Below, piece after piece: positions 39,394 through 50,549 of a stretch of 64,000 nt of DNA (position 1 is the first letter of the stretch; each line of letters opens with the position of its first letter). The DNA lies in the NCBI GenBank assembly GCA_024761205.1, contig JAMASS010000013.1, positions 19,802 through 83,801 on the forward strand. The letters run 5' to 3'. This DNA is from Limisphaerales bacterium (GTDB lineage Bacteria > Verrucomicrobiota > Verrucomicrobiia > Limisphaerales > AAA164-E04). The notes under the pieces were generated by a model. The model was not told the DNA's origin and searched no databases. It was given only the letters and a program-made list of their open reading frames with translations. The translations under genes were made by a program, and so were the position numbers.

Positions 39394-39987
39394 CTAGGTT
39401 GGTGGCGTTTCAGTGGTGATTTTGAGGTAGGTAATAGTGGTGTCACCGGATTGTTGGGATTTTTCTAACGCCCATGGGCCCGGAATTTCTACTTTGTCGC
39501 GGGTGGCGTGGCTTAGGATAATGAGTGTGTGTGAGTGGGACAGGTGGATGAGATTTGAATCGTCGATCAGGTTTTGGGCCAAGGATTCGCTCCGGTTTTC
39601 GTTTGTTTTGGGACCGAAGGGTGGGTCGGCCAAAATCAGGTCGAATTTTTCGGCGACGATAGCGAGTTCATGGATGGTTTTGAAGGCGCAAGCAAGGTGA
39701 ACACGGATTTGATCGGGCTGGTATCCGCAGGCTCGGATGTTTTGTTTGATGTAACGGAGGTGTTGGGCGGAGCGTTCCACGCTGAGCACGCTTGCTGCGC
39801 CACGACTGACACATTCCAGTCCCAGAGCGCCGGTGCCGCTAAAGAGATCAAGCACTCGCGCATTAGGAATCAGAGGAGCCAGGCGATTGAAGATCGCTTC
39901 TCGGACTCGGTCTAGTGTGGGGCGAACGCTGAATCCTTTGGGGGCGAGCAGTGGTTGTCCAGACTCGGTGCCCCCGATGATCCTCAT
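39394..39987 (-). CDS. rsmD: 16S rRNA m2G966 methyltransferase
   Basis: MRIIGG, RPTLDRVREAIFN, LDLFSGTGALGLE..SRGA, ADPPF. Confidence 0.92.
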   Translation of the reverse strand: MRIIGGTESGQPLLAPKGFSVRPTLDRVREAIFNRLAPLIPNARVLDLFSGTGALGLECVSRGAASVLSVERSAQHLRYIKQNIRACGYQPDQIRVHLACAFKTIHELAIVAEKFDLILADPPFGPKTNENRSESLAQNLIDDSNLIHLSHSHTLIILSHATRDKVEIPGPWALEKSQQSGDTTITYLKITTETPPT

Positions 39988-40063
39988 AAACGATTAAATG
40001 TCTTTCGACCAGATGGCTCCTTCGCTGGAAGTCGCAAAGGGTCTTCAGTTGGGGGTGGCTGTC

Positions 40064-40276
40064 CTAGGTTTCTCGCTGAATGAGCATCCAGAGATCGTCG
40101 AATGGCATGGTGACGATCAAGGCTTCCCCATCGATCATGTGGACGATGGAGTCGTTCAAAGGCTCTCGCATATTCGGGGTGGCGAACATGATATGGGAGG
40201 TATTGATGATGATATCCCTTTCTCGGCCCGATTCACCGGGGATATCGATATAACCTGAAACTCGGATAAGTGCCAT
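40064..40276 (-). CDS. Small hypothetical protein
   Basis: 70-aa ORF MALIRVSGYID... with GAGG RBS. Confidence 0.55.
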   Translation of the reverse strand: MALIRVSGYIDIPGESGRERDIIINTSHIMFATPNMREPLNDSIVHMIDGEALIVTMPFDDLWMLIQRET

Positions 40277-40438
40277 AGTTGACCTCGGATTGGTAAATCT
40301 CTTGGAACTGCCGCTTGGTCTCCGAAGTATGCGAGGGGTTTGGCCGAGAATCAACTCTTTCTTACCATATGAAATCAGCTGTTGTGTTGATCTGTTACCC
40401 TTGACGAGTGAAACAGATTGACATCCACTCGTTGCTGT

Positions 40439-41065
40439 ATGAACGATGGGAACGGGTCAAAGGACTCTTCTGAGAAGGAATCGGTGTGGCGGCGATTGTA
40501 TGGCTGGGTGCTGAGTTGGGCGGATCATCCGGCGGGAACATGGGCTCTCTTTTTCATCGCGATGTTGGAGTCGTTCGCCTTCCCGATTCCGCCGGATGTC
40601 CTACTCATAGCGCTTTGTGTGGGTGGTGTTGCCAAGTCGTACAAGTTTGCTCTGGTTTGTACTGCTGGATCGCTCATAGGTGGTGTCATTGGATACGGGA
40701 TCGGCTATTGGGGGTTTGAGCTCATTGGTCAACCAATCGTCAAGTTCTACCATGGGGATGAGGTCATGGAAAAAATCAAATATTGGTACGGCGAGCATGG
40801 GTTTTGGGGTAACCTGACAGCAGCTGTGACTCCGATCCCTTACAAGGTCTTTACGATCGCTTCGGGTGCTTTCAAGTTTCCGGTGAGCGAGTTTCTTCTG
40901 GCCTCGATCATTGGACGATCTTTGCGCTTCTTTGCGGTGGCGACAGCTTTGTATTTCTTTGGCCTGCAAATTCGATGCACGATTGATAAGTACTTTAACT
41001 TGTGTGCATGGCTGTTTGTGGTGATGTTGATTGCTGGCTTCCTGGCACTCAAATATCTCCGGTAA
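40439..41065 (+). CDS. DedA/YqaA-family membrane protein
   Basis: ESFAFPIPPDVLLI, TPIPYKVFTIASG, GRSLRF. Confidence 0.9.
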   Translation: MNDGNGSKDSSEKESVWRRLYGWVLSWADHPAGTWALFFIAMLESFAFPIPPDVLLIALCVGGVAKSYKFALVCTAGSLIGGVIGYGIGYWGFELIGQPIVKFYHGDEVMEKIKYWYGEHGFWGNLTAAVTPIPYKVFTIASGAFKFPVSEFLLASIIGRSLRFFAVATALYFFGLQIRCTIDKYFNLCAWLFVVMLIAGFLALKYLR

Positions 41066-41246
41066 TCGGGGTTTGTGGTTTGGCAGAATTTAACTGCGAA
41101 TCGGTTTTGGATCATTTCGCTGGGAATATTGAAGATGTGGCAAACGATGAAGGCTAATAGGTGGGCTACGATCTGTAGGTTGCGTTGCGGGATGGATAGA
41201 AGAATGGGTTGATTGGTAGCAATGGTCAGAATGGGGTGCTGTGGAG

Positions 41247-41996
41247 ATGAAGTCCAAGGCAGTGGCTGTGGTTCCCACTTATAACGAGCGCGATAATATC
41301 AAGTCGGTGGTGGACTGTTTGCTATCTTCTTCAGGGGATGTCGATGTGTTGGTTGTGGACGACAATTCTCCGGACGGAACGGGCAAGTTCGCAGACGAAT
41401 TGGCAAAGAAGCACGCCGAAGTGAACGTCCTCCACCGGAAAAAGAAAGATGGATTGGGCCGGGCTTATTGTGATGGATTTTCGTGGGCGCTGGAACGGAG
41501 TTATGAGTTTATGTTGGAGATGGACGGTGATTTTTCTCATGACCCGAAGGACATACCTAAGTTTTTAGAGGCCGCTCAGGAGGCGGATCTTGTCATTGGA
41601 TCACGGTATCGGGATGGTATTCGAGTAATCAACTGGCCGCTGAATCGATTGGTTTTGAGTCTTTGTGCGGCCAAATACGTTCAGATCATCACGGGTATGC
41701 CTTTCACCGATCCAACTGGGGGGTTTAAGTGTTTTAGACGTTCGGCGCTGGAAATAATTGATTTGGACCGGGTCCGGTCGAACGGTTACAGCTTCCAGAT
41801 CGAGTTGACTCATCAAGTATGGCGCCGGGGTTTGAAAGTCAGCGAGGTGCCCATTATCTTCACGGATCGATTCCAGGGGAGTTCGAAAATGTCGCCTGCG
41901 ATTATTCGGGAGGCTCTCGTAATCGTCTGGCAGCTTTGGTTTCGGAACGGATTTCGGCGGAAGCCATCGACCAATTCAGGTTCAATCCTCACATGA
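41247..41996 (+). CDS. Polyprenol monophosphomannose synthase (GT2)
   Basis: VPTYNERDNI, VDDNSPDGT, MDGDFSHDP, GSRY, GYSFQIE. Confidence 0.92.
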   Translation: MKSKAVAVVPTYNERDNIKSVVDCLLSSSGDVDVLVVDDNSPDGTGKFADELAKKHAEVNVLHRKKKDGLGRAYCDGFSWALERSYEFMLEMDGDFSHDPKDIPKFLEAAQEADLVIGSRYRDGIRVINWPLNRLVLSLCAAKYVQIITGMPFTDPTGGFKCFRRSALEIIDLDRVRSNGYSFQIELTHQVWRRGLKVSEVPIIFTDRFQGSSKMSPAIIREALVIVWQLWFRNGFRRKPSTNSGSILT

Positions 41997-42153
41997 GGAT
42001 TTGCTGATGATCGGAAGTAGTTTGCTGCTTTAGATTGATTGGGGATTGGTCTTCTGAATTTCAGGTCGATCCCCTCACAAAAAAACAGTGATGCCCTCCG
42101 GTGGGAAAATGGCTACAAAGGTGTGAGAATCGGCGCTGGAAAGTAGAAAAATC

Positions 42154-42705
42154 ATGATAACAATCATCTCGGGAACGAATCGACCTTCGAGTCGAACGCG
42201 GATTATAGCGAACGCGGTTCAAGGGCACTATCAATCAATGTCAGTGAAACATCAGCTACTGGACTTGGCTGAACTTCCGGCGGAGATATTCTCGCCGACT
42301 GCCTATGAAGAAAAGCCCGGATCCTTTGCTCGTTTTTCACAGGCGATCCTAGACTCCGATGGGTTGGCCGTAGTCACGCCAGAGTACAACGGCGGCTTTC
42401 CGGGGGTGTTGAAGTATTTTGTCGATATGTTGAAATTTCCGGAGAGCTTCGAGCAGCGTCCCGTGTGTTTTGTGGGGCTTGCGGCCGGGTCATGGGGCGC
42501 TCTCCGTCCGGTGGAACAATTGCAGCACATATTTGGGTATCGCAATGCCCACATATTTCCGAAGCGAGTCTTCATACCTGGGGTCTATGAAGTCTTGAGT
42601 GACGATGGCAGGGTAACGAGCATGGATCTTTCTGATCGACTTGGACGCCAAGCGCAAGATTTTGTTGCCTTTGTTGAGCGAATCAGGGGAATCAAGTTGA
42701 CGTAG
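42154..42705 (+). CDS. NADPH-dependent FMN reductase
   Basis: SGTNRPSS, VTPEYNGGFPGVLK. Confidence 0.9.
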   Translation: MITIISGTNRPSSRTRIIANAVQGHYQSMSVKHQLLDLAELPAEIFSPTAYEEKPGSFARFSQAILDSDGLAVVTPEYNGGFPGVLKYFVDMLKFPESFEQRPVCFVGLAAGSWGALRPVEQLQHIFGYRNAHIFPKRVFIPGVYEVLSDDGRVTSMDLSDRLGRQAQDFVAFVERIRGIKLT

Positions 42706-42741
42706 CTCCTGCAGGATGCACGCACTTGCCGCATTGGAAAA

Positions 42742-43770
42742 ATGACAAAGACCGGTCTGGTTGGATCTGGTTTTATGGCGGTGGTTCACATCAAGGGTTA
42801 CCTGCAGTTGGAGAATGTTGTGATTGCTGCGCTCTGTAATCCCACCAGGCGATGTTTGGATGGTGGCTTGTCTGATGTGGTGGCAATGTGGATGATCAGG
42901 ATCCAATCTGGCTGATATGAGCTGGGCGGTCGGATACCAGGATTTGGACGCCTTCCTGCGTCATTCCGAGCCTGTCGGTGGTTGATTTTGTACACAACCA
43001 AAACGCTCGTTGGCTATCTCGCAACGAGCACTGAGGGCGTCTCAATGTCATTTGTGAAAACCTCTGGCACGGAGTTCTAGCAAGGCCAGAAAAATTGCCA
43101 CTGTTGCGGCTGAATCTTCTGGCATCTTCATGCTGGCAATGTGCCTAGGATTTTGGCCGGAGTGGGCGTGGATGAAAGAGACTATTGATGACGATCATTT
43201 TGGGCGTTTGCTCGGCGCTCGGTTTCAGCGGATTGCCGAACCGCCAGACTGGAGCAGGGCAGTTACTTTAACGTTTAAGGGCGAGGAGACTGGTTGCGCC
43301 CTTATTTGATTTGCATGCCTGATACGGATTTTGTGCAACATTGCTTCAATCGACCCAAGAGTGTGTTTTCCAGTGACTTTAGCAAAGTCAGCAGTGCGGT
43401 GGATCACGTCGTGGCTCACTATCAGATCGCCTCAGGAGTTTGCGTCACGGCGGAGGGGAACTGGGCGATGACGCATGGATTTGGGTTCAATATGGTGTAC
43501 AACGCTGTTTTCGAAGCAGCAGCAACAGTTGATTACGACCTTTCACGGGGTGAGGAGAGCCTAAAGCTCTAAAGCTTTATCAAGGGGAAGGGGAGGCTGA
43601 AATTGTCTATTGTTCCGGACTTGACGTTGCACAGGAGAATGCTCCTATTGTTCTCGAGACTCTAAAAACCGGAAAAGCTCTGTCGAAAGTGACAGTTGAC
43701 GACGCAGGCTCAGTGATAGAAATTTGCGAGACTGAGGAGGAATCCGTGAAAGCGGGGCGTCACTCTGTAG
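42742..43770 (+). pseudogene. Gfo/Idh/MocA oxidoreductase pseudogene
   Basis: GLVGSGFMAVVH, ICEKPLA, AMCLGFWPEW, ALFDLH/DTDFVQHCF; multiple frameshifts and stops. Confidence 0.85.
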
Positions 43771-44172
43771 CTCAAGAGGGGCGCTATTCGAAGGCCAGAT
43801 GTTTGGGTGGCATTAGCTGACTTTAATGTCCGAAGGCTTCGAGAAGAGCTTTGGCGTCGAGAAGGTCTGATTCTCCCTCGGCTTTTCTTGAGGGGGCCGA
43901 TGGTCAATCGAGGACGGACGAACTTGCCGCTGACTGTATGTGGCGGGCAATGGCATTCAGAGGCAGCGAGTATATCGGAATTTTACATTCCTTTTGGTTT
44001 ACTAACTCGTGACTCAGGGTGGCACGCTAGTAAATTCGCAGCTTGAGACTTCACACCGAGAAGCGATTTAATGTGCTACCTCCGTGTTTAAGCGGCGATT
44101 ACACCGATTTTGGAGTGAGACCTCTTTGGGGCCTTGAGTCCATGTTACAACTTTACTTCCTTAAACTGAAGA

Positions 44173-44385
44173 TTAACCGAGTCGATAGACAATACGAGCC
44201 TTATTTAGGTCATAAGGCGACATCTCAATTTTGACCCGATCCCCGATCGTTAATCGAATAAACCGCTTTCGCATCTTACCGGAAATGTGAGCGAGCACCA
44301 CGTGACCGTTATCCAGTTCAACGCGGAACATTGTTCCGGCCAACACCGCCTTGACCTTGCCTTGCAGTTCGATGTGATCTTCCAT
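44173..44385 (-). CDS. infA: Translation initiation factor IF-1
   Basis: [23 protein letters not shown]....[16 protein letters not shown]. Confidence 0.95.
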   Translation of the reverse strand: MEDHIELQGKVKAVLAGTMFRVELDNGHVVLAHISGKMRKRFIRLTIGDRVKIEMSPYDLNKARIVYRLG

Positions 44386-44529
44386 CCGTTACTACTAAAA
44401 TCTTCAATTCGCCTGCCAGCCTGCATGAATTGGTTTGGTGCAGTAAGAGTGTTTAATTTTCTCAAGAAATCAAGCGTTATTCTTCCGATTGTTGCGATGC
44501 GGTTACGAGTTAGGTAGAGTGTTGGTGGC

Positions 44530-45270
44530 GTGCAGATGAAGCTGACATTCTCTCGGATGTTGGTGATCAATCCGGAAAGGATGATCGCTGGACGCATCCA
44601 TGTCTATTTGACCCGGAATCGTCGAGCCAAGCGCTACATCGTCCGTGTAGTTAACGAGCAAACTGTGTACGTTACCGTACCTCGAGGAGGCAATCGTCAG
44701 GAGGCACTAGCCTTTCTAGAGCAACACCGACCATGGGTGGAGGAACGACTTGAAGCGATGCTCCGTCGATCCGTTGAAGCTCAATCAAGATGGAAGCTTG
44801 GTTCGAAAATCTGGTATCGCGGGCGAAAGGAACAAATTTTGCCCGGTGGAGTTGGCACTGGGGCGACCGTCAAGATCGGTGGTCTGTCGGTGTCTGTTCC
44901 GTCGGTTGCAGGTGATTTGCGTTCAGAGATTGAAGCGACGATGTGGGAGGTGGCGAAGCGCAATTTGCCGCCATTGGTCGAAAGGCTTGCCGCAGAAATG
45001 TCATTGATGCCCCAGCGAACCACCGTCAGAAACCAACGCACGCGGTGGGGCTCCTGTTCCCAGCGTGGGGCGATTTCACTGAATTGGCGATTGATTCAAA
45101 TTCCCCTTGAGGTTTGTGAATACGTTGTCACCCATGAGCTTTGTCATTTATGGCACATGAACCATTCGCACCGTTTTTGGGCTGTCGTGAGCGAATTCTG
45201 CCCAGAATACCGAACCCATGAAGCGTGGCTCAAGGCCCATACTCATATCATCGTCGGCCATCAGGCGTAA
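44530..45270 (+). CDS. YgjP/DUF45 (M48-like) metal-dependent hydrolase
   Basis: RWGSCS..G.ISLNWRL, YVVTHELCHL..MNHS..FW; start uncertain. Confidence 0.88.
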   Translation: MQMKLTFSRMLVINPERMIAGRIHVYLTRNRRAKRYIVRVVNEQTVYVTVPRGGNRQEALAFLEQHRPWVEERLEAMLRRSVEAQSRWKLGSKIWYRGRKEQILPGGVGTGATVKIGGLSVSVPSVAGDLRSEIEATMWEVAKRNLPPLVERLAAEMSLMPQRTTVRNQRTRWGSCSQRGAISLNWRLIQIPLEVCEYVVTHELCHLWHMNHSHRFWAVVSEFCPEYRTHEAWLKAHTHIIVGHQA

Positions 45271-46027
45271 CCCGTGCCTCTGAAACCGGTAGTGTTTGGG
45301 CTAACTGGTATTGGTCTTTTAACCACTGGACCACTGTGGTGACCATGGGTTCCGTATGAGGTTCGGCAAAGACGTGGTTGGCACCGGGGATCTCAATCAG
45401 GGTTGCCGATTTATTGGCTTTGACGTGAATATCCTTTGAATCCTGAAGCGGGACAACGTCGTCTTCAGTTCCGTGAAGAAGCAACCAGGGGACCTTAACT
45501 TTGTGGGCGTGGTCGACGGTGGATTCGATGGATCGCAAGTCATCCATATATTTTTGGGAGAGCGGGCACTCTTCGTCGTCCCACATATTTCCTTTATCTG
45601 GCGTCACCATACCGAACTCGGTTTCGGCAAATTGTCTGGTGTGAACCATTCCAGCGAGAGACACCAGAAACTGGATTCGCTCATCCTGACTGGCTCGCAG
45701 GGCGCCGACGGCACCTCCCATACTGTGGCCGACGTATGTCACTGTTTTATCCGCCATTTTGTCGATGACAGCACCGAGATCGGCAACCTCCTTGGAAATA
45801 TTGGAGTCCGTGAATTCACCTTCGGAGTCCCCATTGCCGGAGAATGAAATTCGCAGGGCAGGAATTCCGGCTGCGGCCAGTCCGTTGGCCAGCGCGACGA
45901 CAAACGGGCGGTCCTTGTTGCCAGTAACGCCGTGACCAATGATGACAAGATTCTGCGAATCTCTAGAGGCAGTGTGATGGGTGTAGTCGATTTTTTCGCC
46001 GTGTAAGTTTCTGATTTCGCCGAACAT
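45248..46027 (-). CDS. Alpha/beta hydrolase
   Basis: HG, GHSMGG nucleophile elbow, HGTEDDVV, ANHVF. Confidence 0.9.
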   Translation of the reverse strand: MFGEIRNLHGEKIDYTHHTASRDSQNLVIIGHGVTGNKDRPFVVALANGLAAAGIPALRISFSGNGDSEGEFTDSNISKEVADLGAVIDKMADKTVTYVGHSMGGAVGALRASQDERIQFLVSLAGMVHTRQFAETEFGMVTPDKGNMWDDEECPLSQKYMDDLRSIESTVDHAHKVKVPWLLLHGTEDDVVPLQDSKDIHVKANKSATLIEIPGANHVFAEPHTEPMVTTVVQWLKDQYQLAQTLPVSEARVTPDGRR

Positions 46028-46117
46028 AGGAGGATTTGAATGAACAAAATTAGCGAGGCTGCCATCCGAGCTCCGCTAGAGGATTGAATTGGGTATTATG
46101 GGCCGGAGCTCCGAGAC

Positions 46118-46546
46118 CTACTTGACGGTGATCCAGATTTTTCTGGAAATCACCGGCTTATCGTGAGGAATGTGGAGATAATCTCCCAGTACCAACTGCA
46201 GGGAATGGCTTCCGGGTTTCAGAGTGAGTGTGGTTTCGGTTTGGCCTTTGCCGTAGTGGAGAATGTTGTCGGTTGCCGGCAACGGTTTGTTGAGGTCGGG
46301 CAGTTCTTCCACGTCGATGAGAAGGTGGTGGTGACCGGTGTTATCGAACTTGATTCCAGCCGGTGCGATTCCCATTCCCTGTAGACCGAACTTCACTGTG
46401 AAAGTTGTCCCAACCATTTCACCGTTGGCTGGCGAGATGATATAGGTCTTCGCTCCGGGGGCTGACTTGGACTTAGGGAGTGCGGCTTGGCCCAATCCAG
46501 CGAGGGTGCTCAGGACTAGTGCTAAGGAAATGATTGCAATCTTCAT
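46118..46546 (-). CDS. DUF4399 domain exported protein
   Basis: Signal peptide; GHHHLLID, HYGKGQTE, GxHSLQL..GD..H. Confidence 0.85.
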   Translation of the reverse strand: MKIAIISLALVLSTLAGLGQAALPKSKSAPGAKTYIISPANGEMVGTTFTVKFGLQGMGIAPAGIKFDNTGHHHLLIDVEELPDLNKPLPATDNILHYGKGQTETTLTLKPGSHSLQLVLGDYLHIPHDKPVISRKIWITVK

Positions 46547-47109
46547 GCTCTCTTTTGCCGTTGTCGATCGTTAGATTTATGCTGAGGGTCTATTGTCGCC
46601 CGGCGAGTCGCCCGGCTTCAAGCTTTTGGGGACTCGCTGTGGCACAGTAACCGCTAACTTGATCCAAGCTGTTTGGATCAGCAAGACATTTTTCGAATGG
46701 TCACCAAAAGGTAACAGGACCGGCGATGGGAATCGCGATCAAGCAGCCGAAAGGACTCGCGAAGTTAGGGGTCTGTCGGGTGTCATTCAGGATGGTTTCC
46801 TAACCGGGAAAGCCGTGCGCTCAGGTTTATGTCGGAACGAACCATCGTCTATTTTGATCTGGAAACCCAACGTTCGGCCCAGAGGTCGAGGGATGGGATC
46901 GGATTCGAGACATGAGACTCAATTAGGATTTAGAGGCTTAAGAAGTTTGACCGGCTTTTCTTGGGGGTTGGTAACTAGGGCGATGGTGCCGAACCATTTT
47001 GGCAATGGGGTTTTGTCTTTTGAAAGATCGTCCCCGAAAGCACGTTGCGGCAGCGGCCGGCATGGCAATTTCACCGCCCAATCTTTTTTGCAACGCCCGC
47101 TTGCGTGCC

Positions 47110-47776
47110 CCCTGTTTGCTTTGGCAAAGCTTCGAAAGTGCGCCGCAACCGTCGATGTGAACCAGATGCCATTTTTCGCAATCTCCCTCAAGATTACTTT
47201 TCCCTTTGCTGTTTTCAATTGGTCGAACGCCCGTTGAATCTGGCGTGCCTCAGCCGATAAGGGGGACATAAATGGAAGACCCCAACAATGATTCAGTGTG
47301 CTCAATAGTCCTGGCACCAGCGCGCGCGACTTCCAGGGTGGTGACGTGTGCCACTAACGGTATTCCTTGCCGGCGGGCCTCGTCCGCTCCGGCAAAGAAT
47401 GTGCACTCCGGAAGCAATCTCCGCCGCCACTAATCCACTTCAACTAGTCGACAACCCGAGGGGCGAAGAGCACGCATAGCCGACCAATGTCCCCAAAGCA
47501 CTTTCCCCAGAGTAGGTGAAATGGGTGTGCTGCCCCAAAGGCCCAGCGTCAGGAATTTTCTTGTACCGTTGATGTGGCGATGGTTCGATCTCACCAAATC
47601 CAAACCACTGGAAAAAATCTCAACCATCCGCTTCCCCTTCAATCACAACTGTTATCTCCAGACAGGTTCCGGTGCCCACCATGTCGATAATCGTGATGTT
47701 TGAGATCAAAACTCCGCTAGCCCGAACGAGGAATCCCCCGGGAAAAGACCACCGAAAACATCGCCCGATTCTTCAT
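47110..47776 (-). pseudogene. Amidohydrolase pseudogene, N-terminal half
   Basis: Across frameshifts: NITIIDM, INGTRKFLTLGLW/HTH, FFAGADEARRQGIPLVAHV, RAGARTIEH, IAKNGIWFTST. Boundaries approximate. Confidence 0.8.
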
Positions 47777-48192
47777 ATTGTCCAAAAACTAGCGACACCC
47801 TACAACCGGACAAACTAAAAGGAGAAATGCTAGTCAACGAATAGTGATTGTTGATTTCCGAAGTAAAATCTGCGGCTTTGGTCAATGCCTGCCTTCACCA
47901 CTCAAAAAACAACCATCGTTAATCATCATCCCCCCCGTTTTCATCTCTATTTCGAATCCCGGTATCGAAACCTGATGATCCCATATGCAACCGCCATGCC
48001 CACGAATGACCGGCCGCCAACGTCAAAAACCTGTGAAAAAAGCCTTATCAAGGGGTTCACAAACCACTTGGCATGCCAAATATGCCAAGGGAGAAAGCGG
48101 AAACATTCTTCAAGTGGCCAGGGTAGAAGAAGAAACTTGAACAAAGATACCGGCCCAAGCGTCCGAGAAAGAGTCATAGAACTGAGAGGCAT

Positions 48193-48745
48193 ATGAAGCC
48201 AGCGCCATCCTATTTGACCTACGTCGCCTGATGGCTCTTCTGGCGACGCTTCCGCTCCAAGAAACGGAAGGAGCCAGCAAATTTACGGAAACGTGGAACC
48301 ACACGTTTAGCTTTAGCGCAAAAGGGTCGGTGACTCGGGAAGACGTCAACGGACCCATTATGATCGAAGGTTGGGACCGAGACGAAGTCTATCTCAGCCA
48401 CGACGAGCTCAAGATTAAAACAGAACAACTGAAGTCCAAAAAACGCGGGAGGCTGAGTCTGGGAAAGAAGGGGAACTCCGCCTCTGTCACCCATCATGTC
48501 AAAGCACCTCATCAAGCCAATCTCAAACGGATCCGCAGTGTGAATGGGACGCTGAAGATCATTGATGTCGAAGGCAAGATACACGCAGGAACCGTCAACG
48601 GCAATATCAAGAATGGCTTTGGCCTTCCGGTAAAAAACACTTTTCCATCGGGCAAGATCTTTCGGGAAGCATTGAGAGCGGTCAGATCGATACCAAACTC
48701 AAGATCGTCAACGGGAGGATTCGCATCAACAAAGGAACGACGCCC
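48193..48745 (+). pseudogene. DUF4097 (beta-strand repeat/adhesin-like) pseudogene
   Basis: DVNGPIMIEGWDRDEV, SVNGTL, TVNGNI, IVNGRIRI; frameshift in the signal peptide and near the C-terminus. Confidence 0.7.
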
Positions 48746-48940
48746 AAGGCCCTCTGCCTGGGAGGTCTCGATTCGTACCAAACAGGCAGCCCTGCTAAGT
48801 CAGCCGCCTTGGTGGTTCCGTGTAACAACTTCTCGCGCCTGGGAGTCTAATACGTCAGCTTAGGACCTCTGCTCACTCACCCCGGACTTGCCTAGCTTTA
48901 CTTTGACGAATCGGACTTTTTTGGACACATTTTTTCGCTC

Positions 48941-50473
48941 ATGCACAAGCTATTTGCCGTAGCGGTCTTGTCGGGGGCAGCCTTCGCTGCCGGACTCAAC
49001 GCTCATGACAGTCAAGCTATGGTCAACCGGCCGCTGTCCTTAAACGACTGCATTCAAATCGCCCTGCAACACAACCTGTTGCTCAAGGTTGAGAAGATTA
49101 ACCCGCAAATCAGTCGAGCCGATCTCAAAATCGCCTATGCTGGTTGGTATCCTAATTTCACCACATCCTATAACCACAACTTCCGGCAACAGCCCGGAAA
49201 CGTCGACGAATTCAGCCGAACTATTCCTGGCACCTCCAGCGAAACCGATAGCTTCTTCACAGGCATCAATGGACGGCTACCGACTGGACTCACCTATAAC
49301 ATTCAAGGAAATGTTGCGAACACCTTCTTCGATTCGTCTTTTATCGATCAAAACACCCTCCAGACCATTACCGTCACTTCCGAGAACGCCAATGGTAATA
49401 TCTCGATCAATATGACCCAACCATTGTTGCGCGGTCTGATGATCGACCAGACGAGACTCAACATTAAACTTTCGAAAGTGGCCCTGGAACAAGCCGAACT
49501 CGGGCTCATCTGGCAGATCATGAACACGGTCGCACAGGTTGAGCAGGCCTACTTCGATCTCATCGCCGCCGAAGAGAGCGTCAAAGTGCAAGAAAAGGCC
49601 GTCCAACTGGCTGAACGGTTGCTGACGGAGAATCGCAAGCGCGTGGAAGTTGGCGCGATGGCGCCGCTGGATGAAAAACAAGCCGAATCCCAATTCGCCA
49701 GCCGACGAGCCGACCTCCTTGGAGCCAAGCGTAGTTTGGCGCTCAGTCAAAATGCGCTGAAAAACCTGCTCAGCGATGAGTATCTCGAGTGGCAAGACAC
49801 GCGAATCGAAGTCACCGAAGTGCTCAGAGTGCTCCCCATCCCCTTCAGCCGCCAAGACAGCTGGCATAAGGCGATGAATCTTCGGCCGGATCTCCAACAA
49901 AACCGTCTCAACATCGAACGCAACGGGATCATCGTCAAGTTCAACAAGAACCAAGTTCTCCCGCAACTTGATGTCATTGGCAGCTTCGGATATTCTGCGG
50001 GTGGAAGGGGTATCGGTTACGACGGGGTGTTTGACCAATTTCGTCGGCAAGAGAATCCGACCTGGTCGGTAGGTGGCAGATTCAGCATTCCCATCGGCAA
50101 TCGGGTGGCTCGAAACAATCTGAAGATCGCACGCGCCCAAGAAGAACAAGCACTCCTTCGCCTCAAACAGCTCGAACAGACGATCATGGTCAATGTTGAG
50201 AACGCGGTGACATTGGCCGAGATTAATCTCCAACGAGTCGATGCCACTCGTCAAAACCGAGAATTTGCTGAAGCCGCGCTAGAAGCAGAACAAACGAAAC
50301 TAGAGAACGGCAAGAGCACGAGCTTCATTGTCTTGCAACTACAGCGAGACTTGACCCAGGCACGGTCTGGAGAAATTCAAGCGCTCACAGAGTACAATCG
50401 CGCGCGCTCTCAACTCTCCCTAGCCGAGGGCGCTACGCTTCAAGATCGAGAAATCAGTCTTGAGGTTGAGTAA
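48941..50473 (+). CDS. TolC-family outer membrane efflux protein
   Basis: LSLNDCIQIALQHN, TQPLLRG, VEQAYFDL, RPDL, LPQLD, ENGKST. Confidence 0.9.
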   Translation: MHKLFAVAVLSGAAFAAGLNAHDSQAMVNRPLSLNDCIQIALQHNLLLKVEKINPQISRADLKIAYAGWYPNFTTSYNHNFRQQPGNVDEFSRTIPGTSSETDSFFTGINGRLPTGLTYNIQGNVANTFFDSSFIDQNTLQTITVTSENANGNISINMTQPLLRGLMIDQTRLNIKLSKVALEQAELGLIWQIMNTVAQVEQAYFDLIAAEESVKVQEKAVQLAERLLTENRKRVEVGAMAPLDEKQAESQFASRRADLLGAKRSLALSQNALKNLLSDEYLEWQDTRIEVTEVLRVLPIPFSRQDSWHKAMNLRPDLQQNRLNIERNGIIVKFNKNQVLPQLDVIGSFGYSAGGRGIGYDGVFDQFRRQENPTWSVGGRFSIPIGNRVARNNLKIARAQEEQALLRLKQLEQTIMVNVENAVTLAEINLQRVDATRQNREFAEAALEAEQTKLENGKSTSFIVLQLQRDLTQARSGEIQALTEYNRARSQLSLAEGATLQDREISLEVE

Positions 50474-50549
50474 CGACCGCTCTCCTTGCGAACCCAATGA
50501 TCTATCCTTGCGAAGCTGGATTTTAACACCATAGGATATTAGGCTCCTT

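Noticed and set aside
47362-47400. Hairpin as terminator or IS end
   Set aside because: Lies within the amidohydrolase pseudogene coding sequence (FFAGADEARRQGI); likely incidental
49277-50254. Long antisense ORFs (325 aa here, and others opposite speA, gnd, argD and the GT genes)
   Set aside because: Shadows of well-supported genes on the other strand, with no motifs
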